Shown here: one piece after another, positions 9,393 to 17,411 of the stretch | How positions within the stretch are numbered: position 1 is the stretch's first letter | Layout of the letters: every line of letters starts with the position of its first letter | Source: an uncultured Croceitalea sp. | GTDB lineage: Bacteria; Bacteroidota; Bacteroidia; Flavobacteriales; Flavobacteriaceae | Direction: 5' to 3' | NCBI GenBank assembly: GCA_937959125.1 | Contig: CALGQU010000024.1 | Coordinates: 16,796-80,795, forward strand | DNA: 64,000 nt | Translations under genes and position numbers: made by a program | The notes under the pieces: model-generated | Told to the model about the DNA's origin: nothing | The model's database searches: none | The model's input: only the letters and a program-made list of their open reading frames with translations

Positions 9393-10787
9393 ATGCAAGA
9401 AACCTCTGATTTTGTATTGTTTTTAGGGCGTTTTCATCCTCTTGTGGTGCATTTGCCCATTGGTTTTCTTTTGTTCGCCTTTTTGTTGGAAATCCTTGCC
9501 CGGTTCCAAAAAAACAAGGCCTTGACCGTGGTTGTTCCCCTAGCGTTATTGAGCGGTGCCATCAGTGCTTTGGTTGCCTGTATTTTAGGGTACCTACTTT
9601 CCCAAAGTGGTGAGTATGAAAAAAGCATGTTGGATCGGCATTTTTGGGTAGGTATAGGGACTACCGTAGTCGCTTTTTTGGCTTGGGCCATCCGCACGGA
9701 TAAAATCAAAATTTCAGCACTTCAAAAATTGAAACCCAATATGGCCTTATTGACCTTGTTGGTTATTTTGATAGGAATCACAGGACATTATGGGGGCAAT
9801 CTGACCCATGGATCTGAGTATCTGATAAAATATGCCCCTTTCAATGCTAAGGCAGAAAAAGAATTACCACCACTTGCCAGCTTGGAAGAAGCACAAATCT
9901 ATTCGTATTTGGTAGAACCTATTTTGGAACAAAAATGTATGGGTTGCCACAATAGCTCTAAACAAAAAGGAGGCTTGGCCATGCATACACCAAACCTATT
10001 GGTCAAAGGGGGCAAGGGAGGGGCCATTTTCAATGCAGGGAACAGTGCCGCATCAGAATTGATAAAGAGGGTAACCCTAGCGGAAGACCATGAAGATTTT
10101 ATGCCGCCTGAAGGCAAGACCCCTTTAACGGAAGAAGAAATTTCCCTACTCACCTATTGGATAGACCAAGCCAATGCCGATTTTGGGATTACTATCGCCA
10201 GCGTTGAAACATCCGAAGAAATTAAACAACTAGCAGCCAATAGCTTGGGATTGGATTTTGAAGGGGAAAAAAATATGGTCAGTACCAAATTACCGGAAGT
10301 ACCGCCTGTAGACCCAGAACTGTTGGATGAACTATCGGCCTCTGGTTTCAAAATTAGGGAACTGGTTATTGGCGCTTCCCTCTTTGATGTATCGCTTCCG
10401 CCAAACACCATTCCAAGCAATCAAAATGCCCAACCAAGTTTGGAGCTGTTGTTAAAAATAAGGGCAAATATCATTAGGTTGGATGTAAGTGAAAACCATA
10501 TTTCCAATGAAGATTTGGCGATTGTAGGCCAGTTTTTAAACCTCAGACAATTACAGTTGGAGAAAAATCCCATAGACGACGAGGGAATACCAAAGTTAAT
10601 GGTTTTGAAGCAGTTGGAAAGCATCAACCTCTATGGAACCAAGATTGGTAAAGCGTCATTACCGCTTTTCTCACAGTTGTCTAGTCTAAAAACGGTCTAT
10701 GCTTGGCAAACCAATCTGGAAAAGGACGATATTACGTTTGGGAACAAGAACTTAACACATCCAAAAATTATCTTGGGAGCCCTTTAA
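9393..10787 (+). CDS. membrane protein: DUF2231-like 4-TM domain + c-type cytochrome (PSCyt1-type) domain + leucine-rich repeats
   Basis: 464 aa. N-terminal TM helices with conserved His (HPLVVHLPIG ... GHYGGNLTHG), CMGCH at 9936-9950, and C-terminal LRRs (LRQLQLEKNPI, LKQLESINLYGTKI, LSSLKTVYAW). Confidence 0.65.
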   Translation: MQETSDFVLFLGRFHPLVVHLPIGFLLFAFLLEILARFQKNKALTVVVPLALLSGAISALVACILGYLLSQSGEYEKSMLDRHFWVGIGTTVVAFLAWAIRTDKIKISALQKLKPNMALLTLLVILIGITGHYGGNLTHGSEYLIKYAPFNAKAEKELPPLASLEEAQIYSYLVEPILEQKCMGCHNSSKQKGGLAMHTPNLLVKGGKGGAIFNAGNSAASELIKRVTLAEDHEDFMPPEGKTPLTEEEISLLTYWIDQANADFGITIASVETSEEIKQLAANSLGLDFEGEKNMVSTKLPEVPPVDPELLDELSASGFKIRELVIGASLFDVSLPPNTIPSNQNAQPSLELLLKIRANIIRLDVSENHISNEDLAIVGQFLNLRQLQLEKNPIDDEGIPKLMVLKQLESINLYGTKIGKASLPLFSQLSSLKTVYAWQTNLEKDDITFGNKNLTHPKIILGAL

Positions 10788-10872
10788 ATATGGTATTATC
10801 AGTTTTTGTCTAGTATAATTTTAAGGTTCTCAATGGACTTCTTTATAATTTGTCGATTCTAAAATTTAACGT

Positions 10873-13209
10873 ATGCTTTTTATCAATCAAAACTTCCAAC
10901 GACCCTTGGCATTAGTTGTAGCAATTCTCGCTTTTGCCTGCACCGAGACCAAAAAAGAAACTGCTGGTTCCGATCCATTTTGGGACGACCGAAAACAAAT
11001 AAGCCTTCTGGATTTTGAAGAAGAATCCTTGTCTGCTGAGATAACTTCCAACGATGCGGATATCAGCTTGGTCAACTCCAATGCCACAAGTGGCGGCAAG
11101 GCCTTAAAAGTGGTGTATCATGGGGACTCCAAAGACCCCGGTGTTTCTTATGTTCCAGAAACACCTATCGATGCTTCCAGCTTCGATAATTTTGCCTTGG
11201 TGTTTGATGTTACGGGACTGACCGATGTATATTCCGCACAGCTTTTTGTGACTGTTGTCAATGACAAAGGCCATGCCGTACGTAGGTTTTCCGTTGTTGG
11301 CGCTGGGGAAACAGAAACTTTTTACGGGGAACTTTCCGGGGAATATATTGCAGAAGAAACCGGCCTCCGGGACGACCCCACCCCATTTAAAAACGAATCC
11401 TCACAATTAAAAATAAGTGGTTTAAAAAAGGATGTTGATTTTTCCACTATTGCGGAAATCCATTTTAAACTCGCCCATCCTATTGTAACAAAAACTTTGG
11501 TTTTCGATAATATTCGATTGGTGGAAACCCCTCCTGTTCCTGATGATTATTTAATAGGGATTATCGATAAATACGGCCAAAACGCCAAAGATGATTTTAA
11601 TGGTAAGATTACTTCTGATGCGGAGTTGAAAAAATTGGCCGATGCCGAATTAAAAACACTTTCAGAAGAAGGTACCATGGCAGAAAGAAGCAAATTTGGC
11701 GGCTGGTCCAAAGGCCCCAAACTAGAGGCCACAGGATATTTTAGAACGGAAAAAGTAGACGGTAAATGGGCCTTGGTAGATCCGGAAGGATATTTGTTCT
11801 TCTCCACAGGTCTGGCCAACGTACGTATGGCCAATACCACTTCTTTTACGGGTCGCGATTTTAAAAACGATACGGTTCGTTATAGAGATCCAGAAGATGT
11901 TACCCCAGAAGATTCTAGGGGAATGGTAAAACTAAGCAAAGAAGTGACCTCCACTTCCTATGATGCCTATCCTTGGCGGAGTAAAATGTTTTTGGATCTA
12001 CCTTCTTATGATGACCCTTTGGCCAACAATTATAGCTATCGTAGGGAACAACACATAGGGCCGTTTGCCCACGGGGAGACCTTTAGCCATTATCAGGCCA
12101 ATTTAGAAAGACGGTACGGGGAACCTACAGAAGGGGCACATTTGGAAAAATGGGTAGATGTCACTTTGGACCGTTTCCTAAATTGGGGCTTTACCTCCTT
12201 TGGAAATTGGGCAGGTTATGAGTTCTATCATGAAAATAGGATGCCCTATTTTGCCAACGGATGGGTTATCGGTGATTTTAAGACGGTAAGTTCAGGAGCA
12301 GATTATTGGGGACCTATGCCGGATGTTTTTGACCCAGAATTTGAACGACGCGCCAAAGTGACGGTAAAAGTGGTTGCAGAAGAAGTACGCAATAACCCAT
12401 GGTGTATTGGTGTCTTTATTGACAACGAAAAAAGCTGGGGTCTGCCCGGTAGCATCAATACGCAATACGCCATCATTTTGGATGCCCTTTCCAAGGATGC
12501 GAAAGAGAGTCCGGTCAAAGCAAAATTTGTAGAAATGCTTCTAGAAAAACATGGAACCATTGCTAAATTAAATACGGCTTGGGGTACGGATTTGGCCAAT
12601 TGGAAAGTGTTGAATACCGGAGTGGACCATAAGAAAAAAGAAAGCTTTACGGATGCCCAGGTAGAAGATTTATCCATCATGTTGGAGGCTTATGCCACCA
12701 AATATTTCCAAGTGGTACACGATGCCTTGGAGAACGTGATGCCCAACCACCTCTACTTAGGATGTCGTTTTGCCTCTTGGGGAATGAGTAAAGAAACAAG
12801 GGCCGCGGCCAAAAAATATGTGGACGTATTCAGCTATAACTTTTATGAGGAAGCTATTGGCACATCGTATTGGAAGTTCTTGGAAGAAATTGACAGACCC
12901 AGTTTAATTGGGGAATTTCATATGGGGACCACCAATTCCGGGGTATTTCATCCGGGAATCGTAATGGCCAAAGACCAAGAGGATCGAGCTAGGATGTATG
13001 TAAAGTATATGGAAACGGTCATTGACAACCCTTATTTTGTAGGTGCGCATTGGTTCCAGTATTTGGATTCCCCTACCTCTGGACGGGCCCATGATGGGGA
13101 AAACTACAATGTTGGTTTTGTGCGTATTACGGATGTTCCTTACGCCCCAATGGTGCGCGAAGCCAAGAAATTAAACAGCAGTCTGTACTCCAGACGTTTT
13201 GGAAACTAA
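10873..13209 (+). CDS. GH50-like clan GH-A glycoside hydrolase (putative exo-beta-agarase type), lipoprotein, paralogue 1
   Basis: 778 aa. Signal LAFAC, then an N-terminal beta-sandwich/CBM-like region of about 215 aa. The TIM-barrel signatures are FIDNEKSWG (Asn-Glu acid/base, E519) and IGEFHMG (nucleophile, E681). The GH50 assignment rests on my memory of 'agarase'-annotated homologues plus context. Confidence 0.6.
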   Translation: MLFINQNFQRPLALVVAILAFACTETKKETAGSDPFWDDRKQISLLDFEEESLSAEITSNDADISLVNSNATSGGKALKVVYHGDSKDPGVSYVPETPIDASSFDNFALVFDVTGLTDVYSAQLFVTVVNDKGHAVRRFSVVGAGETETFYGELSGEYIAEETGLRDDPTPFKNESSQLKISGLKKDVDFSTIAEIHFKLAHPIVTKTLVFDNIRLVETPPVPDDYLIGIIDKYGQNAKDDFNGKITSDAELKKLADAELKTLSEEGTMAERSKFGGWSKGPKLEATGYFRTEKVDGKWALVDPEGYLFFSTGLANVRMANTTSFTGRDFKNDTVRYRDPEDVTPEDSRGMVKLSKEVTSTSYDAYPWRSKMFLDLPSYDDPLANNYSYRREQHIGPFAHGETFSHYQANLERRYGEPTEGAHLEKWVDVTLDRFLNWGFTSFGNWAGYEFYHENRMPYFANGWVIGDFKTVSSGADYWGPMPDVFDPEFERRAKVTVKVVAEEVRNNPWCIGVFIDNEKSWGLPGSINTQYAIILDALSKDAKESPVKAKFVEMLLEKHGTIAKLNTAWGTDLANWKVLNTGVDHKKKESFTDAQVEDLSIMLEAYATKYFQVVHDALENVMPNHLYLGCRFASWGMSKETRAAAKKYVDVFSYNFYEEAIGTSYWKFLEEIDRPSLIGEFHMGTTNSGVFHPGIVMAKDQEDRARMYVKYMETVIDNPYFVGAHWFQYLDSPTSGRAHDGENYNVGFVRITDVPYAPMVREAKKLNSSLYSRRFGN

Positions 13210-13212
13210 CAG

Positions 13213-15549
13213 ATGAAGTCTCGTTGTTCCCAAATAGTAGCTTGCATTTTTGTACTACTGCTTCTTTATAGTAGTTCCTGTGCGGAAAAAGAAGCAACAA
13301 CCAGTAACCGAGCCGCTATTTGGGAAAATGGGAACCAGCTTTCTATTCTCGATTTTGAACAGGATGCTATTCCTGCAGCACTTTCTTTTAAAAATGCCCA
13401 GGGGAAACTTTCCAGAAAAGGGATGTCCAACGGAAAGCAGAGTTTGGATATCAGTTTTCAATCGGATACGGAGTTTAGCGGTTTTAGTTTTGAACCCGAT
13501 ACCCCTATTGCCGCGGAAACTTTTGGGGACTATAGTTTGGTTTTTGAGGCTTCCAATAGGGGCTCGCATTCTACCCATCTTTATGTCATCATTGAAAACG
13601 ATAAAGGGGAGCAACGCAAGCGTTCCGCAAGTATTGCCGCAAATGGGGAGGTAGCCACTTATTTCTTTGAATTGGAAGGCCCTTATTTACGAAAGGACAC
13701 CAATATGCGGGACAATCCCAACCCCTACCCCGGTGCCGTTCAAATGAAAATGCGGGGCAGGATTACACCTACCGATTTTTCAAAGATCAAGCGTATCCAA
13801 TTTTTTGTAAAACATACCATTTTTGATAAAACAGTTACCTTGGATAACCTTAGACTGGTAGAAAATCCCCCTTTACCCAAGGAATATTTGGTAGGCTTGG
13901 TAGATAGGTTCGGACAAAATACCAAGCAGGAATTTGAGGGTAAAATTACCAGTGCCACACAGTTAAAGACCAAAGCCAATGAAGAGTTGGTGCAATTGGA
14001 ACAGGAAGGCCCAATGCGCGACAGAAGTAAGTTTGGGGGCTGGTTGGCTGGCCCAAAATTAGAGGGAACGGGGTTCTTTAGAACTACAAAACATAAAGGA
14101 AAATGGGCCTTGGTAGATCCGGAAGGTTACTTATTCTTTTCGTCAGGAATTGCCAACGTTCGCCTTGCCAACACCACTACCTTTACGGGTCGGGATTTTA
14201 AGAACGATACGGTTCGTTACCGAGATCCGGAAGATGTTACCCCAGAAGATTCCCGGGGTATGGTACCACTAAATGAAGCCATTACCAGTACTGCTTTTAT
14301 TTCCCATCCGTGGCGTTATGGTTTTTTTGAGGAATTGCCCAAATACGATGATGATTTGGCCAATCATTTTAGCTATAGAAGGGAACAGCATTTTGGTCCT
14401 TTTGAGCATGGCGAAACCTTTAGTTTTTATCAAGCGAATCTGGAACGGCGCTATGGGGAGGCTAGCCCGGGTGACCATCTAAAGAAATGGGTAGACGTAA
14501 CGCAAGATCGCTTTTTAAACTGGGGATTTACCTCTTTTGGCAATTGGGCCGGTTATGAGTTCTATCACACCAATCGTATTCCTTATTTTGCCAATGGCTG
14601 GATTATTGGGGACTTTAAAACGGTACGTTCCGGTTACGATTTTTGGGGAGAAATGCCCGATGTTTTTGACCCGGAATTTGAACGTCGTGCCAAGGTAACG
14701 GTTGACGTGGTAGCTAAAGAAGTACGGAACAACCCTTGGTGCATAGGCGTTTTTATTGATAATGAAAAAAGCTGGGGCGTTCCAGGGACCGTAAAAGGGC
14801 AATATGGGATCGTATTGGATGCCTTGTCCAAAAACACGGAACAGAGTCCCTTAAAAAAGGCCTTCACCCAAGTATTGCAGAAAAAGTATAAGTCCGTCCA
14901 AGATTTGAATTTGGCTTGGAATACCTCCCTTGATAGCTGGGAGACACTTGCCAATGGCGTCGATTTTTCTGGACAAGAACACTTTGCAGACCCCATGGTC
15001 CATGACTTTTCGACCTTATTAAAGACCTATGCCGAGCAATATTTTAAGGTGGTACGCACAGCGCTAAAAGAAGTCATGCCCGATCATATGTATTTGGGAT
15101 GTCGTTTTGCCCCTTGGGGTATGGGCAAGGAAGTTTTGGAAGCCGCCAAAACATATGTAGATGTGTTTAGTTACAATTATTACGAGGAAGGTATCGGACC
15201 TAAGACTTGGGCATTTTTAGAAGACATCGATAGGCCCGCCATTATTGGCGAGTTCCATATAGGTACCGCAGCCTCCGGCTTGTTCCACCATGGGGTTATC
15301 CATGCGTCCGATCAGGAAGACCGCGGAAAAATGTACAAAGACTATCTGTATTCCGTTTTGGACAATCCCTATTTTGTAGGCGCACATTGGTTTCAATATA
15401 TCGATTCCCCCGTGTCCGGAAGGGCGCATGACGGCGAAAATTACAACGTTGGTTATGTAAACGTAGCCGATGTCCCCTACCCCGCAATGGTCAAAGCTAC
15501 CAAAGAGGCCCATAGAACCTTATACGAGCGTCGTTTTGGAAATCAATGA
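13213..15549 (+). CDS. GH50-like clan GH-A glycoside hydrolase, lipoprotein, tandem paralogue 2
   Basis: Also exactly 778 aa, with signal LLYSSSC. It has the same FIDNEKSWG / IGEFHIG pair and shares the 28-aa block FTGRDFKNDTVRYRDPEDVTPEDSRGMV with paralogue 1. Starts 3 nt after the previous stop. Confidence 0.6.
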   Translation: MKSRCSQIVACIFVLLLLYSSSCAEKEATTSNRAAIWENGNQLSILDFEQDAIPAALSFKNAQGKLSRKGMSNGKQSLDISFQSDTEFSGFSFEPDTPIAAETFGDYSLVFEASNRGSHSTHLYVIIENDKGEQRKRSASIAANGEVATYFFELEGPYLRKDTNMRDNPNPYPGAVQMKMRGRITPTDFSKIKRIQFFVKHTIFDKTVTLDNLRLVENPPLPKEYLVGLVDRFGQNTKQEFEGKITSATQLKTKANEELVQLEQEGPMRDRSKFGGWLAGPKLEGTGFFRTTKHKGKWALVDPEGYLFFSSGIANVRLANTTTFTGRDFKNDTVRYRDPEDVTPEDSRGMVPLNEAITSTAFISHPWRYGFFEELPKYDDDLANHFSYRREQHFGPFEHGETFSFYQANLERRYGEASPGDHLKKWVDVTQDRFLNWGFTSFGNWAGYEFYHTNRIPYFANGWIIGDFKTVRSGYDFWGEMPDVFDPEFERRAKVTVDVVAKEVRNNPWCIGVFIDNEKSWGVPGTVKGQYGIVLDALSKNTEQSPLKKAFTQVLQKKYKSVQDLNLAWNTSLDSWETLANGVDFSGQEHFADPMVHDFSTLLKTYAEQYFKVVRTALKEVMPDHMYLGCRFAPWGMGKEVLEAAKTYVDVFSYNYYEEGIGPKTWAFLEDIDRPAIIGEFHIGTAASGLFHHGVIHASDQEDRGKMYKDYLYSVLDNPYFVGAHWFQYIDSPVSGRAHDGENYNVGYVNVADVPYPAMVKATKEAHRTLYERRFGNQ

Positions 15550-17375
15550 TTATGGAAAAACTAAAAACTTTACTGCTCCTTATACTCTTGATGGCGCAGC
15601 CTATAGCCTCCCAAGAAAACCTCTTGGCCGTGCAGGATACCATATCTCCCCAAAACCGGATTTGTTTTGCGCTATATACGGTGCATGAAAACATCTTAAA
15701 ACTCACCGCGCAGTTTTATCCCATTAAAAATTACGAGCCTTTTGAAGCTTCCTTGGAAATAGAAGAACAGGGAACATGGAAACAAATAGCGACCTCATCA
15801 ATCATATATCCGGGTTATACGGCTCCTTTTAGGGTAACAGGTTGGGACGATTCCAAAGTAACCAAATATAGGGTGGTCCATAACAATACCGCTTTTTATG
15901 AGGGCATTATTCAAAAAAACCCTAAGGATAAGGAGGAATTTGTGATGGCGGCCTTTACCTGCAATTCCATTTATCCTGAACATGGTGGGGATATTCCCAG
16001 AACGGATTTGGTGGAAAATATGAAACGCTTACAACCGGATTTGCTCTTTTTTTCCGGTGATCAAGTGTATGACCATAGTGAGCACTATGCCAGCTGGCTA
16101 AAGTTCGGTCGGGATTTTGGCGATATTATTAGAAACACCCCTACGATTTGCATTCCGGACGATCATGATATTGGGCAAGCCAACTTATGGGGTGCTTCTG
16201 GTAAAAAAGCCAAGACCAGACGAGGCATCTCCGGAGGGTATTATATGCCGGCCTCCTATGTAAATGAGGTGCAACGGGCACAAACCAGCCATCTCCCCGA
16301 CCCCTACGACCCCACCCCGGTAGCACAAAACATAAGTGTGTATTATACGGATTTAACTTGGGGCGGAATCAGTTTTGCCATTTTAGAGGACCGAAAGTTT
16401 AAATCCGGGTTGGAAGGGGTTATTGAACATAAGGGCGAAGTGTTTGAGGCCATTCTAGATTCTACCGTAGCTACCAAAAGTTTTGACGTGCCCAACACCA
16501 CCCTACTAGGGGAACGCCAATTGCAATTTTTAGAGGATTGGACCACAGACTGGAAGGATGCCCAACTAAAAACGGTACTATCGCAAACCATTTTTTCCAT
16601 GGCCAACAATTATTCCGGGAAACGGGAAAATGAGATTTATGCGGATTTTGATACCAACGGTTGGCCACAAACCGGAAGAAATAAGGCACTCTCCATAATC
16701 CGTAAAAGTTTTTCCACAATGGTGGCGGGGGACCAACACCTAGGAACCGTAGTCCAACATGGCGTAGACGATTGGGGAGATGCAGGATACTCTTTTTGCA
16801 CCCCAGCTATTGCCAATCTCTGGTTGCGTTGGTGGCAGCCAAAATTACCTGGGAAAAACCGACCAAAAGGGGCACCGACGTACACCGGGGACTTCCTGGA
16901 CGGTTTTCAAAATAAAATGACCGTTCTGGCGGCCGCTAACCCTACACTCCCAGAACGGAAGGAAGGTGGTAAGCTATCTACAAGGGCCGCCGGTTTTGGC
17001 GTGGTACGTTACCATAAACCATCGCGCAATATTACTTTTGAATGCTGGGGCAGAGATGTGGATATAGCTGACCCTAACGCAAAGCAATATACGGGATGGC
17101 CCATTACCATCAACCAAAAAGACAATTTTAAAATAAAAAAGGGCTTTGAGCTCCCCATGCTGCAGCTGTCCAAACCTAATCAAGTGATAACGGTAAGGGA
17201 AACGCAAACTGACCGCGTATACTCCTCCCTGCGAATCAAAGGGAATACCTATCAACCTAAGGTGTTAACGGAAGGGGAATATACGTTAGAGATAGGGGAA
17301 GGAAATAACAAGAAAGTGTTTAAGAATGTACAGGCAAAAAAGAAGAATACCGAAAAAATAGTTGTTTCCCCTTAA
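15546..17375 (+). CDS. PhoD-like metallophosphoesterase, secreted
   Basis: 609 aa. Signal LLLLILLMAQPIASQ. PhoD-type motif series FFSGDQVYDH, IPDDHDIGQAN, LLGERQLQFLEDW, VAGDQHLGTVV. The ATG at 15546 overlaps the upstream TGA (ATGA); an alternative ATG lies at 15552. Confidence 0.55.
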   Translation: MIMEKLKTLLLLILLMAQPIASQENLLAVQDTISPQNRICFALYTVHENILKLTAQFYPIKNYEPFEASLEIEEQGTWKQIATSSIIYPGYTAPFRVTGWDDSKVTKYRVVHNNTAFYEGIIQKNPKDKEEFVMAAFTCNSIYPEHGGDIPRTDLVENMKRLQPDLLFFSGDQVYDHSEHYASWLKFGRDFGDIIRNTPTICIPDDHDIGQANLWGASGKKAKTRRGISGGYYMPASYVNEVQRAQTSHLPDPYDPTPVAQNISVYYTDLTWGGISFAILEDRKFKSGLEGVIEHKGEVFEAILDSTVATKSFDVPNTTLLGERQLQFLEDWTTDWKDAQLKTVLSQTIFSMANNYSGKRENEIYADFDTNGWPQTGRNKALSIIRKSFSTMVAGDQHLGTVVQHGVDDWGDAGYSFCTPAIANLWLRWWQPKLPGKNRPKGAPTYTGDFLDGFQNKMTVLAAANPTLPERKEGGKLSTRAAGFGVVRYHKPSRNITFECWGRDVDIADPNAKQYTGWPITINQKDNFKIKKGFELPMLQLSKPNQVITVRETQTDRVYSSLRIKGNTYQPKVLTEGEYTLEIGEGNNKKVFKNVQAKKKNTEKIVVSP

Positions 17376-17411
17376 AAGGAAGGGAAACCAGTATTATAAA
17401 ATTGGATAAAA

